A stretch of 64,000 nucleotides of DNA, from assembly GCA_031370005.1 (NCBI GenBank), contig JANMPT010000110.1, forward strand, positions 1 through 64,000, read 5' to 3'. The notes under the pieces were generated by a model. The model saw only the letters and a program-made list of their open reading frames with translations. It ran no database searches and was not told where the DNA came from. The first letter of the stretch is position 1, and each line of letters begins with the position of its first letter. Positions 40,203-50,573 of this stretch are shown here, in pieces. This DNA is from Bdellovibrionales bacterium (lineage in GTDB: Bacteria > Bdellovibrionota > Bdellovibrionia > Bdellovibrionales > Bdellovibrionaceae). A program made the translations under genes and the position numbers.

Positions 40203-41131
40203 AATACTTAATTTTGACCCTTACTCTTATTCTAATGTCCTGTGCTCCGAAGCCCACAAAAGTGGTATCAGAAAATCCAATCCTTGCTCGAAGGGAGTCG
40301 CAAAAATCCAAGATTACAGCCGAAACCGTAATCTTGGATGTGCGTGCCCCGTTTGAGTTTAATTTGTCTCATATTCCGGGCTCGATCAATGTTGCTTGGG
40401 AGGATTTCTCTCGCCGATCTCCAGATTATCGAGGATTAATTGAAAAAGATATGCACCCCATCGTTCGGCGCTTAGCTTTGGTCGGCATTGATCCTCAAAC
40501 ACCAGCTCTTGTAGTTGGAAAAGGCTTGTTAGGTAGGGGTGAAGAGGGCCGTGTGGCTTGGACTCTTGAATACCTAGGCATCCAAAATGTTCAATTGGCC
40601 GCGGTAGAGGACTTCCGTGAGCGTCGTGAACATCAGGATGCTCTTGAGATCAAAAATAAAAAATTCTGGACAATACAGCTGGATTTATCTTCTGTGATTT
40701 CCTGGGAAGAGCTTCGGGCGAAGATTGAGGGTTCTGCTTACCCAAGCACAAGGGCCCGAAGGCAGGCCCTTGGTGGCGCAAGTCTTCCGGCGAAGGATGA
40801 GAACTTCGCAGTGATTGATGTGCGTTCGCCAGAAGAGTACTCCATTGATAATCTAAATAAAAGAACACCTCGAGTTTTCCATTTTGATAATATTGATTGG
40901 CGTGAGTTTTTCACTGAGAACATGGATCCAAATCCTATTATCGTGAAGGTTCTCAATGACAAGGGGATCACCCAGATGACCGAAATTGATCTAATCAGTA
41001 ACCACGGTGTTCGTTCGGGCTCTGTCGCCTGGGCATTGCAAAAGATGGGTTATAAAAAAGCCCGTAATTTTGCTGGTGGATACGAGCAAGTTCGCTTTAA
41101 TAAGAAAAATCCACGGGATTCACGCAAGTAA
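40199..41131 (+). CDS. tandem-rhodanese-fold lipoprotein (no catalytic Cys)
   Basis: Lipobox LMSC, LDVR..EF..SHIPGS, IDVRSPEEY, ISNHGVRSG. Confidence 0.85.
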   Translation: MKYLILTLTLILMSCAPKPTKVVSENPILARRESQKSKITAETVILDVRAPFEFNLSHIPGSINVAWEDFSRRSPDYRGLIEKDMHPIVRRLALVGIDPQTPALVVGKGLLGRGEEGRVAWTLEYLGIQNVQLAAVEDFRERREHQDALEIKNKKFWTIQLDLSSVISWEELRAKIEGSAYPSTRARRQALGGASLPAKDENFAVIDVRSPEEYSIDNLNKRTPRVFHFDNIDWREFFTENMDPNPIIVKVLNDKGITQMTEIDLISNHGVRSGSVAWALQKMGYKKARNFAGGYEQVRFNKKNPRDSRK

Positions 41132-41159
41132 TTTTTGGTTTAACAATAAGAAGTACAGA

Positions 41160-41543
41160 TTAAGGTTTTGCGGCCGGCATCTTAACTTTGAGTTCTTCGA
41201 CTTTGCCCCTAACACGAGACTTAACCGAAAGATCATAGGGCTCGTTCCAAGCGGGTAAATCCAAAACGTCGTAGGCCTCTCCGTTTTCTTTGAACCTCAA
41301 AGTCTCCTGCTTTTTTCCGCCCATAGCCGTCACGGATAGGACTACGTGATCTTTTTTCAGATCTAGTTCTCCAGCTTTTTTTCCGGCAAAGAAAAGTTTT
41401 AAGGACTTATCTCCTGGTACAACTCTCAGAACAAGCAGATGTCCTTGCGCCATATAATTGGGATCATAGGGAGGAGGCTTCTGCGCAAAAACAAAAAAAG
41501 AGGCAGAAGCAAGAACCATAAGTAGAATCCTTAGGGGTTTCAT
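41160..41543 (-). CDS. hypothetical exported protein
   Basis: Signal peptide (VFA), AAGGA SD. Confidence 0.7.
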   Translation of the reverse strand: MKPLRILLMVLASASFFVFAQKPPPYDPNYMAQGHLLVLRVVPGDKSLKLFFAGKKAGELDLKKDHVVLSVTAMGGKKQETLRFKENGEAYDVLDLPAWNEPYDLSVKSRVRGKVEELKVKMPAAKP

Positions 41544-41555
41544 AAAAATCCTTTG

Positions 41556-42074
41556 TTAGGGACTATAGGGACCCATGGAGTCTAAACCATTTTTATCGGT
41601 TCTTTCTAAAATTCTTTTCAATTTTTTACGAAAATTTCGAATTGTTTTTTTCACCTCAGCAACGAGAACTTGATCCATTTCTAAAAAGGGATGATTCACA
41701 GGTTGATTTTGCGTATCTAGATTGGGTTTTGAGTTCGCGTCAAGATTTTGAGCAACTGCCATCAATGTGATTTCCTCTTCAGAGAGCTGACGGGAGTTCG
41801 TCCCAGCTTCTTCTAGAAACTGACTTTGCTGAGAGACAAGCTGAGTGAGTTTTTGCGATTCAACCTCAGTCAGTGCAAGGGCTATAGAGACCCTCTGCGC
41901 TAACTTATGAGAAAGCGGCCTCTTGGCAGAGAGAATTTCAGAGAGCTGGCCTGATGAAACCCCTAAGGATCTTGCAAATGCTCGCAATGAATACCTTGGG
42001 TTCTTCTCTTTTCTATCATTAAAAATAGAAATTAAATAATCTGCTGCTGTTTTTAAATTGTTTACGTCGACCAT
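41556..42074 (-). CDS. TIGR02147-like HTH protein (short form)
   Basis: RKEKNPRYSLRAFARSLGVSSGQLSEIL..KR; GAGGAG SD. Confidence 0.8.
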   Translation of the reverse strand: MVDVNNLKTAADYLISIFNDRKEKNPRYSLRAFARSLGVSSGQLSEILSAKRPLSHKLAQRVSIALALTEVESQKLTQLVSQQSQFLEEAGTNSRQLSEEEITLMAVAQNLDANSKPNLDTQNQPVNHPFLEMDQVLVAEVKKTIRNFRKKLKRILERTDKNGLDSMGPYSP

Positions 42075-42300
42075 ATACTCCTCATGTATTTAAACATTGT
42101 TGAGAGTACAATGTTTCGTTTTATGTACAATTAATATTGGAGCAAGTTTGCGATATTTTGTCAAAAAATCTTAACATTTAAAAACAATTTTTTATATATA
42201 AAGTATTTATTCTAAAATAAATTAAATAATTTCAATATGATATAAGTTTTAAATTTTTAACTTGCCGCTTAAATATAGCTATTCATATCAATAAATTGAA
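42075..42300. promoter_or_regulatory. very AT-rich promoter region upstream of HTH gene
   Basis: Visibly the most AT-rich stretch of the window, non-coding. Confidence 0.5.
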
Positions 42301-42398
42301 CGTGGCGGATGGCGAAATACTAATGTTCGATGGATTTGCTCGCGTTCGAGGAACTAAACAGCTCACATTTTACGAAAGATTGAGGTAATACTTTTCAG

Positions 42399-42872
42399 TT
42401 ATTTTTTTATTTCTAGTGCTTGAAACCCAGGCTGCGCATTTGAAATAGCAGCGGGAGAGCGGCTATTGTCATAGAGACAATTTTCTATAGCCAATTGCTC
42501 ACCTGCTTCCGAACACTTTTTGATCTGGGAACGGGTATAGTCTTTGTTTCTAATTTTTTTTATACAGCTCAAACGAGCCGTGTCAGCTAGGTCTGAGGGT
42601 TTTGCGCAGAGTTCGAGTGCTTCGGGATTGAAGCTTGCTCCTTTGATTTCCTCAAGACATCCCATGAAGTTCTTGTCATCTTGCAATAGAGCGCAGGCTG
42701 AGGAGGCATACCAATCAAGCCCTGCTTTAGACGTCTTTAGCACACAAGCTGCTTTGTCTTTCTCGCTGAGAAAACGATCACATAAGCCCGTCGGGTTGGT
42801 TGGTTCGATAGCAAGTGTGATGAGAGGAATAAGTAAAAAAGCCAGATGAGTTTTTAAGAAAAGTTGTAGCAT
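42399..42872 (-). CDS. hypothetical exported Cys-rich protein
   Basis: Signal peptide, eight regularly spaced Cys, RSPA motif near the C-terminus. Confidence 0.72.
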   Translation of the reverse strand: MLQLFLKTHLAFLLIPLITLAIEPTNPTGLCDRFLSEKDKAACVLKTSKAGLDWYASSACALLQDDKNFMGCLEEIKGASFNPEALELCAKPSDLADTARLSCIKKIRNKDYTRSQIKKCSEAGEQLAIENCLYDNSRSPAAISNAQPGFQALEIKK

Positions 42873-42922
42873 ATGTTATAATCCCAGTTAGGGCCTTCGT
42901 CCCTTTCTTTGTTGGCTGCGGA

Positions 42923-43870
42923 CTAGGCTGCGGCTTTAAGTTTAAACAATACCGAATACATTGCTTTCAAAAAATCAGGGTCGTATCGCCCTGCCAACTT
43001 TTCCTTCATCATAGAGACTGCATCGAAGGGCTTTAAGGGCGAGTTATACGATCGCTGAGTTGTCATGGCATCATAGGTGTCGGTGATGGCTACAATACGA
43101 GCGAAAGGATGAATTTCTTGTCCAGAAATGCCTTGGGGATATCCGTTTCCAGAGAAGCTTTCGTGATGCTCAAAGCAGGCGGCTTTAATTGCATCGCTAA
43201 TGCTAGGGTTTTGATTTAGAATCATAAGGCCATATTGCGGGTGTCGCTTCATTTGCTCCCATTCAGCGTCGTTTAGGCCGCCTTTTTTGCAAAGTATGTC
43301 TAAACTCACGTTGCGTTTGCCAACATCATGAAATAAAGAGCCAACGCCAAGCTCCTCGAGATCTGTTTTATTGAAAGAAAGTGCGGCGCCGAGACCCAGA
43401 GAGTAAATGCTGACATCCAAAGAGTGATTATAAGTGTAAAAATCATGCCCCGAGAGGCTGATCATATAGCCCATGGCTTCGGGAGCTTGTTCCATAAAGT
43501 CGATGAAGTTACGAATAATAGGACGAGATTCATTCAAGGCGGTGTTGACGTCAGGGTTTTCAAAAAGATCTTCCATCAATGCCACGGAGGATTCTCGAAG
43601 GATCTTGCCTTTCTCAAAAGGGTTTAGATCGTCGGAGTTCATTTCCTCTTTTACCCAATCACGATAAGCCTCTTTTTGTGAGGTCAAAACAAAGAACGTA
43701 TTTCCAGTGTCTTTGTCATGTAGGGATTCAATTTTTAAACCAGAAAGTTTGTCGCCGGCCTTAAGATAGTGAACTTTTTGGCCATTTATTTGAATATAAA
43801 TGTCGAAAGAAGTGGCTTTCGATGGACGGATCGTGCTGAGACGTATTCTAAAATAAGTTTCCTGCTGCAT
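42923..43870 (-). CDS. HD-GYP domain cyclic dinucleotide phosphodiesterase
   Basis: HS..V, HDVGK, HHE...GNGYPQG, DTYDAMT..RSY. Confidence 0.93.
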   Translation of the reverse strand: MQQETYFRIRLSTIRPSKATSFDIYIQINGQKVHYLKAGDKLSGLKIESLHDKDTGNTFFVLTSQKEAYRDWVKEEMNSDDLNPFEKGKILRESSVALMEDLFENPDVNTALNESRPIIRNFIDFMEQAPEAMGYMISLSGHDFYTYNHSLDVSIYSLGLGAALSFNKTDLEELGVGSLFHDVGKRNVSLDILCKKGGLNDAEWEQMKRHPQYGLMILNQNPSISDAIKAACFEHHESFSGNGYPQGISGQEIHPFARIVAITDTYDAMTTQRSYNSPLKPFDAVSMMKEKLAGRYDPDFLKAMYSVLFKLKAAA

Positions 43871-43929
43871 CCGCTTATTATTTCATGGATTTATTGACTC
43901 GAAAATCAAAAGATGAAAATTTGGTCAAC

Positions 43930-46023
43930 ATGGCCCTTCGTCTAGACACCTCATTGCAGTATTTGAAGGGAGTTGGCCCCAAGCTAGCTTCGCTTTTCGC
44001 AAGACATAATATTCAAACTATCAGCGAACTGCTGGAGTTTTATCCACGTGGATATGAAGACCAAAGAGCAGCTCGTAATATAGCAAGTCTTAAGGTCGGG
44101 GACATTGTAAGCGTGAAAGCTCAAGTAATGTCTGTTCACAGCATAAACATGGGGCGTTCGCATCGTAAGATGTATGATGTCGTCGTTCGAGATTCTTCCG
44201 GCCAAATTCGATGTAAATTTTTTCGTGTTCCTTATAAAGGCTACTTTGAGCGATTTACTCCCTTCAAGGAAGTGCGAGTAGTGGGTAAGGTCACTGATTA
44301 TCGTGGCAAGGCTCAGTTTCAACATCCGGACATACGCGATATTGATCCTGATGAAGAAAATCAAGATGCACTGATTCCACTTTATACTGAGATTGAGGGG
44401 CTCAGCACAGTTAAAATTCAACGTTTTATCAAAGCGGCTTTGGCGCAGCTTCCTAATGAAGAGTGGCCTGCTGAGCAGTTGCCGTCTTGGATTGTACAAA
44501 AGTATGATTTAATTTCACGCCGTAAAGCTTTGGAGCTTATTCACACCCCCGATTCCAACTTGGGAGCTCAGTATGCGGAGCTTAAAACACCGGCCCATCG
44601 GCGGATCATTTTTGAAGAATTTTTTTGGCTTGAACTTTATTTGGCCTCTAAGAAAACAGGTTTCAAAAAAGAAAAGAGCGTAGCACTTTCATGCGATGGT
44701 AAAAAAATTGAGGAGCTGAAAAAATCCCTGCCTTTTAGCTTAACCAATGCACAAATGAAGGCTTTTCGAGAAATAAAAGAAGATATTGAAAAACCGATTC
44801 CAATGCATCGGATGGTTCAAGGGGATGTTGGCTCAGGAAAAACTTTGGTTTGTTTTATGGCGGCAATTTATACTGCGGAAAGTGGTATGCAAGCTTGCTT
44901 GATGGTGCCAACTGAAATCCTTGCAGATCAGCACTTTAAGAGTGCACAGAAATTGCTCTCTCCACTAGGTATTCGTTTAGGCTTGCTCACCGGAAAAACT
45001 AAAACAGTTGCCAGAAGGGAGCTCTTGCAGCAGCTCGCGTCTGGAGAGATTGATTTTTTAATTGGTACCCATGCCTTGATTGAGGACGAGGTGCAGTTTC
45101 AAAACTTGGCATTGGTCATTGTCGATGAGCAGCATCGTTTTGGTGTAGAGCAACGTGGTGTTCTAAAAACCAAGGGCAAGTCGCCTCATTTTTTGGTGAT
45201 GACAGCAACGCCAATCCCAAGGACTTTGGCAATGACGGTGTATGGCGATCTAGATGTCTCTATTATTGATGAGTTGCCTCCGGGGAGGGGTGTGATTCAA
45301 ACACGGGTGATTTTTGACAGTAAAAAGTCTGCGGCCTTACAGTTTTTGCAAGAGCAAATTGATAAAGGCCGTCAGGCCTATGTAGTTTATCCGCTTGTTG
45401 AGGAGAGTGAGAAAATTGATTTGAAAAATGCCGTGTCTGAATTCGAAAGCCTTCAACTGCAATTTCCAAAAATTAAGATTGGTCTTTTGCATGGGAAAAT
45501 GAAGTCACAAGAAAAAGAGGAAGTAATGACTTGCTTTCGAAATGGTGAGTTACAGCTCCTGGTTTCCACCACCGTGATTGAGGTGGGTGTCGATGTGCCA
45601 AACGCCAATATCATGATTATTGAGCATGCGGAGCGCTTTGGGCTATCGCAATTACATCAGCTGCGAGGACGCGTTGGGCGGGGAGTGCACAAGAGTTATT
45701 GTATTCTTATTATGGGTTATGCTGTTTCGGAAGAGGCCCGGCTTCGCACTGAATTTATGGAGCAAACAACAGATGGTTTTAAGATTGCAGAGTTTGATTT
45801 AGAAATGCGTGGACCCGGCGAATTTATGGGAACACGTCAATCTGGCTTACCCGGATTCAAAATGGCCAACCTTGTCAGAGATATGGCGACTCTTCAAGAG
45901 GCCCGGGAAGCAGCATTTGAGATTTTGCGAAAAGACAGCCAGTTAAAACTTGCTGAAAATGATCCTTTGCGAGAAGAGCTCATGAAAACCCACGGACCAG
46001 CCGCCCTTGCCGGAATCGCCTAA
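43930..46023 (+). CDS. recG: ATP-dependent DNA helicase RecG
   Basis: QGDVGSGKT, DEQHRFG, TATPIPRT, HQLRGRVGR, RGPGE. Confidence 0.98.
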   Translation: MALRLDTSLQYLKGVGPKLASLFARHNIQTISELLEFYPRGYEDQRAARNIASLKVGDIVSVKAQVMSVHSINMGRSHRKMYDVVVRDSSGQIRCKFFRVPYKGYFERFTPFKEVRVVGKVTDYRGKAQFQHPDIRDIDPDEENQDALIPLYTEIEGLSTVKIQRFIKAALAQLPNEEWPAEQLPSWIVQKYDLISRRKALELIHTPDSNLGAQYAELKTPAHRRIIFEEFFWLELYLASKKTGFKKEKSVALSCDGKKIEELKKSLPFSLTNAQMKAFREIKEDIEKPIPMHRMVQGDVGSGKTLVCFMAAIYTAESGMQACLMVPTEILADQHFKSAQKLLSPLGIRLGLLTGKTKTVARRELLQQLASGEIDFLIGTHALIEDEVQFQNLALVIVDEQHRFGVEQRGVLKTKGKSPHFLVMTATPIPRTLAMTVYGDLDVSIIDELPPGRGVIQTRVIFDSKKSAALQFLQEQIDKGRQAYVVYPLVEESEKIDLKNAVSEFESLQLQFPKIKIGLLHGKMKSQEKEEVMTCFRNGELQLLVSTTVIEVGVDVPNANIMIIEHAERFGLSQLHQLRGRVGRGVHKSYCILIMGYAVSEEARLRTEFMEQTTDGFKIAEFDLEMRGPGEFMGTRQSGLPGFKMANLVRDMATLQEAREAAFEILRKDSQLKLAENDPLREELMKTHGPAALAGIA

Positions 46024-46025
46024 AG

Positions 46026-46046
46026 AAAGGTACGCCGTACCTTTTT
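46026..46046 (+). terminator. hairpin terminator / palindromic element
   Basis: AAAGGTAC-GCC-GTACCTTT perfect inverted repeat followed by TT. Confidence 0.65.
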
Positions 46047-46160
46047 CGGATGCGCTGCGTTTTTGAATTTATAGAAATTTAGGGAACGCCATTCATTTTT
46101 TCTATATACACTCGTTCGAGCGCATGATCTGATTTCCGAAATGCAGACGAGGAGGAGTAA

Positions 46161-48281
46161 GTGAACTTACTTTCAAAAAGTATCCTAATTATTTTTTCTA
46201 TGTTTTCTTTAGCACAGGCAGGAACGGTTCTTCGATTAAATACAGGAGCCATTGAATCAAAACGCGTTGAGAGCCTGATGAGTACTCAAGCAGGTAACCC
46301 AGCAATTCCTCAAGATCTGATTGTTCAATTTAAAAATGCCATTACGGAAAAAGACAAAGCAGAGCTTAAGGCGCTCGGTGCAGAGATCTTTGGTTATCTT
46401 CCTGATGATGCCTTGATGGTCCGCGCAACAATTCTAAAATTACAACAATGGCGCAGTCACGCCGACGTTGAGGCTATTCTTCCTTTTAAAGCCGATTATA
46501 AAGTTAGTACTTCTTTTGAACCCGCAAGCACCTTCAGTAGGGATGAACAAACAGTAATTTTGGTGAAAAGTTTTAAAGCGGCTGAAACAAAAGATATTGC
46601 TTCAAAGATAAAAAAAATCGATCAATCCACTGTTCATGTTGCAGATGGTAACTCTATCGTAGCTGTCGTTCCTCGAGGAATGGTTCGAGATGTGGCAGCG
46701 CTTCAAGGCGTTGAGCATGTTCAGCCCTACATAGAGATGAAGCCAATGCATATGACTTTCGATGGCGATGAGTCTGGCATAACATTGCCTCAGGGTGCGG
46801 GTGACTATTCTGATATTAATGGTTATGAGACCGGCACTAAAGTGATGGGCTTTGATGCGGCATGGGCAATGGGTTACAAAGGTCATGGTCAAATAGTTTC
46901 CATGGCAGATACTGGTTTAGATATGGGAGAGGGCCAAATAACAGCGGACTTCAAAGACGCAGTTATTAAAGGTTATGTCTTCGGTCTTTTTTCAAAATCC
47001 TGGGATGATCCAATGGGCCACGGAACCCATGTGGCGGGTTCGATTCTTGGCCGTGGAATTTCTTCTGGTGGTAAAATTCATGGTGGAGCTTATGAGGCAA
47101 GTTTCATCCCTGAGGGGATGTGGTCTCCGATGATGAAGAACCTTACAGTACCCTCTAAGATTCAAGATCTTTTTTCTAAAGCCTATGCAGATGGAGCTCG
47201 TGTTCACTCTAACTCTTGGGGCTCTGCTCGCAGCTTTGGCGCCTATGATAACTATGCCTCGAGTGTGGATGAGTTCATGTTTAATAACCCAGATATGTTG
47301 ATCGTTTTCGCAGCCGGTAACAGCGGCGTGGATAAAAACAAAGATGGTCGTATCGATCCAAATTCTGTAGGTTCGCCAGGGACTGCAAAAAATGCTTTAA
47401 CCGTGGGTGCCTCTGAAAACTTACTTAGCACAGGTGGGATTCAAGTTCCAATTAGCAAACTTCGCGCGGCTCCTGAGGAGTGGAGTGCTGAGCCGATTTA
47501 CAGCTCTTATCTTTCAGATAATATTAACGGATTGGCAATGTTTTCGTCCCGTGGCCCAACAGTCGATGGTCGTACAAAACCTGAAATTGTAGCCCCAGGA
47601 ACAAATATCTTAAGTAATCGTTCTCATGTCACAGGCGCAAGCCCACTTTGGGGTGCATATAACGAGGATTATGCATATTCTGGTGGCACCTCAATGTCGA
47701 CGCCTTTAGTTGCTGGTGGAGCAGCTGTGGTTCGCCAGATTTTGCAGGAAAAATTCCAAATTGCCTCCCCATCAGCTGCGCTTTTGAAAGCGACTCTTTT
47801 GCATACTGCAGTTGATATGTATCCTGGCCAATACGGTGAGGTGGGCGTGTCTCATGGACAAGAGCTTGCAACTCGTCGTCCGAATTTTGATGAGGGATAT
47901 GGGCGCATGGACGTTTCAAATGCGGCCAAACTTTCCAATAGCACTCACTTTGTAGATAATAAAAATGGGCTGAGTCAGGGCGAGCAGGAGGCTTTCACTC
48001 TAGTTTTGAGCAAACCCGGCACAATCTTGGCAAATATGGTTTACACAGATGCTCCGGCTTCTCCTGATGCAGCTGTGGCTCTCGTAAACGACCTTGATAT
48101 AACATTGACTGGCGCGGGACAAAGCGTGTCTCCAAACGATCACGTGAATAACAACGAGGTGATTGAGCTCGCTAACTTGCCAGCCGGTTCGTACACTATC
48201 ACTGTGAAAGCTACGAAAGTTCCCCAAGGCAAAAATGGTAAACAGCCTTATGCATTAGTTTATACAGCGCGTGAGAACTAA
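46161..48281 (+). CDS. secreted S8 subtilase (KP-43-like) with C-terminal beta domain
   Basis: DTG, HGTHVAG, AAGN, GTSMSTP; GGAGG SD. Confidence 0.95.
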   Translation: MNLLSKSILIIFSMFSLAQAGTVLRLNTGAIESKRVESLMSTQAGNPAIPQDLIVQFKNAITEKDKAELKALGAEIFGYLPDDALMVRATILKLQQWRSHADVEAILPFKADYKVSTSFEPASTFSRDEQTVILVKSFKAAETKDIASKIKKIDQSTVHVADGNSIVAVVPRGMVRDVAALQGVEHVQPYIEMKPMHMTFDGDESGITLPQGAGDYSDINGYETGTKVMGFDAAWAMGYKGHGQIVSMADTGLDMGEGQITADFKDAVIKGYVFGLFSKSWDDPMGHGTHVAGSILGRGISSGGKIHGGAYEASFIPEGMWSPMMKNLTVPSKIQDLFSKAYADGARVHSNSWGSARSFGAYDNYASSVDEFMFNNPDMLIVFAAGNSGVDKNKDGRIDPNSVGSPGTAKNALTVGASENLLSTGGIQVPISKLRAAPEEWSAEPIYSSYLSDNINGLAMFSSRGPTVDGRTKPEIVAPGTNILSNRSHVTGASPLWGAYNEDYAYSGGTSMSTPLVAGGAAVVRQILQEKFQIASPSAALLKATLLHTAVDMYPGQYGEVGVSHGQELATRRPNFDEGYGRMDVSNAAKLSNSTHFVDNKNGLSQGEQEAFTLVLSKPGTILANMVYTDAPASPDAAVALVNDLDITLTGAGQSVSPNDHVNNNEVIELANLPAGSYTITVKATKVPQGKNGKQPYALVYTAREN

Positions 48282-48479
48282 TCTTTAAGTTATTGATATT
48301 ACTTAAAAAAGGCCACGCTAAATTCTTGACCTTCTTGTATTTTTTCCAAGGAAGTCTCTTTCATTTGATAACTCGTGTCAAATTTGTTAAAAACACCATG
48401 GCTCTTATTTTATTATGTTTTCAGAAGTCTGTCTTCTGAAGTCTGTGTCACATATGGGTCAAACGAGGGAGGTCTTCCG

Positions 48480-48974
48480 ATGGTGGCTTTTAATGTTGGT
48501 GACAATGCGGTTTATCCTGGGCACGGCGTGGGTAAAGTCACAGCGATCGAAACGAAGGAGATTCTCGGGAACAAGCAGACTTTTTATTCTATCCAGATAC
48601 TTGATACTGGAATGAAAATCATGATTCCACGTGATAATGTTGAATCTGTGGGTCTTCGACCAATTATTTCAAAGGAAGAGGCCGGTCGCGTTGTAGGTAT
48701 TCTGCGGGAGACCAATGTTAAGATTGATAATCAAACTTGGAACCGCCGTTACCGCGAGTACATGGAAAAAATCAAAACTGGTTCCGTTTTTGAAATCGCT
48801 GAAGTTTTGCGAGATTTATTTTTACTGAAGGTCGATAAAGAGTTGAGCTTCGGCGAGCGCAAAATGCTTGATACGGCCCGCACCCTTCTTTTGAAGGAGC
48901 TAACTTTGGCGACAAGCCAAGAAGAGCTTTTCAAAGAAGAAGAGGTTAAAGCAATTTTCGGAGTTGCTCCATAG
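48480..48974 (+). CDS. carD: CarD/CdnL family RNA polymerase-binding regulator
   Basis: F.VGD..VYPGHGVG, WNRRYR, LSFGERKM; GGAGG SD before ATG 48480. Confidence 0.93.
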   Translation: MVAFNVGDNAVYPGHGVGKVTAIETKEILGNKQTFYSIQILDTGMKIMIPRDNVESVGLRPIISKEEAGRVVGILRETNVKIDNQTWNRRYREYMEKIKTGSVFEIAEVLRDLFLLKVDKELSFGERKMLDTARTLLLKELTLATSQEELFKEEEVKAIFGVAP

Positions 48975-49051
48975 GCCCAGTCTAGCTGAGAATGTTCTGA
49001 GCTAAGATCCTCCCTATGTAGTTTGATTTTTTCGTATAAATTAGAGATTAT

Positions 49052-49083
49052 AAAAAGCCTGGGTTAGTCGCTCAGGCTTTTTT
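49052..49083 (+). terminator. rho-independent terminator between carD and gltX
   Basis: AAAAAGCCTGGG...CTCAGGCTTTTTT. Confidence 0.7.
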
Positions 49084-49100
49084 AATTTTCAGGGGTCTTT

Positions 49101-50570
49101 ATGTCTATGGTTCGCGTCCGTTTTGCTCCATCTCCTACCGGCTACCTACATGTTGGCGGTGCCCGTACAGCCTTGTACAATTATCTTTTTGCTAAAAAAA
49201 ATGGCGGTGAATTCATTCTTAGAATTGAAGACACCGATGAGGCTCGCTCAACTCAGGAATCTTTGCGTGGTGTGATTGATGATATGGTTTGGTTGAATCT
49301 TCTTTGGAACGAGGGAGTGGATCCTGTCACGCTGAGGGACCAGGGGGCCTCGGGGCCGTATAAACAAAGCGAGCGTCAATATATCTATAGTGAAATTGCA
49401 GACAATCTCTTGAATGCGAACAAGGCTTATTATTGTTTTTTGACGGATGAGGAAATAACAACTCAACGTGAGGCCGCTATTAAAGCCGGACGACCGCCTC
49501 AAGTAAATTCTCCATATCAGGATTGGACTTTGGAAAAAGCCAAAGAGAGACTGGCCACCGGAGATAAAGCCGTCGTACGTTTTAAAACACGTGATCTTAA
49601 AAAAGATTATATTTTTACAGATTTGGTTCGTCATGAAGTGAAGTTCCCATCTGACATGGTAGGGGATTTTGTGATTCTTCGCTCTGGAGGGATGCCCGTC
49701 TACAACTTTTGTTGTGCTATTGACGACCACATGATGAAGATCAGTCATGTTTTTCGTGCTGAGGAGCATTTACCAAATACGCTGAGGCAATTGATGCTTT
49801 ATGAAGCTATGGGGTGGCAGCCTCCAGAGTTTGGACACATTTCTTTGATTCTTGATGAAGATCGTCAGAAGCTTTCAAAACGCAAGGGGGCCGTGGCTTG
49901 CGGTCAGCTAAAAGCTGAGGGGTATTTGGCTTCAGCTGTTTTGAATTTTATCGCTCTTTTGGGTTGGTCTCATCCTGAAGGCAAAGAGATTATGACTGTG
50001 GATGATATGATTCAGGCCTTCGATGTTTCCCGATTGAATTCCTCTGGTGCGGTTTTCGATCGTGTGAAATTCAAATGGATGAATGCCATGCATTTGCGAG
50101 CTTTGCCAAATATGGATCTTTGGCAGGAGATCCAGCCCTTCTTAGCTCGTGAGAAAATGGATCTTCCAAAGGATCCTGTCTGGCAGGAAAAGTCTATTAT
50201 GGCCTTTAAGACATCCATGGAAACTTTGGCCGATGCTATTGAGCTGTACAAACCTTTGAATGACATCTCATTTACGATTTTACCAGAGGCAGAAGAGACC
50301 CTGATGTGGGAACCAACAAAGACTGTTTTGCTTGCCTGGAGAGATCTGGTTCAAGCTTCGGGCAAGGACTATTTATCCGAAGCAGAGTTTTTAAAACTAC
50401 AAGATGAGGTAAAAAACAAAACCGGTGCTAAGGGAAAAAATCTCTTTATGCCGATCCGTGTGGCTGTAATCGGTAAGCCCCATGGAACGGAATTGAAGAT
50501 CCTAGTACCACTTATAAAGACTTCATCACTGGTGACTCGTGCGAATAAAGTTTTAGAAAAGATCGGTTAG
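49101..50570 (+). CDS. gltX: glutamate--tRNA ligase
   Basis: RFAPSPTGYLHVGG, RIEDTD, KLSKR. Confidence 0.98.
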   Translation: MSMVRVRFAPSPTGYLHVGGARTALYNYLFAKKNGGEFILRIEDTDEARSTQESLRGVIDDMVWLNLLWNEGVDPVTLRDQGASGPYKQSERQYIYSEIADNLLNANKAYYCFLTDEEITTQREAAIKAGRPPQVNSPYQDWTLEKAKERLATGDKAVVRFKTRDLKKDYIFTDLVRHEVKFPSDMVGDFVILRSGGMPVYNFCCAIDDHMMKISHVFRAEEHLPNTLRQLMLYEAMGWQPPEFGHISLILDEDRQKLSKRKGAVACGQLKAEGYLASAVLNFIALLGWSHPEGKEIMTVDDMIQAFDVSRLNSSGAVFDRVKFKWMNAMHLRALPNMDLWQEIQPFLAREKMDLPKDPVWQEKSIMAFKTSMETLADAIELYKPLNDISFTILPEAEETLMWEPTKTVLLAWRDLVQASGKDYLSEAEFLKLQDEVKNKTGAKGKNLFMPIRVAVIGKPHGTELKILVPLIKTSSLVTRANKVLEKIG

Positions 50571-50573
50571 AAA

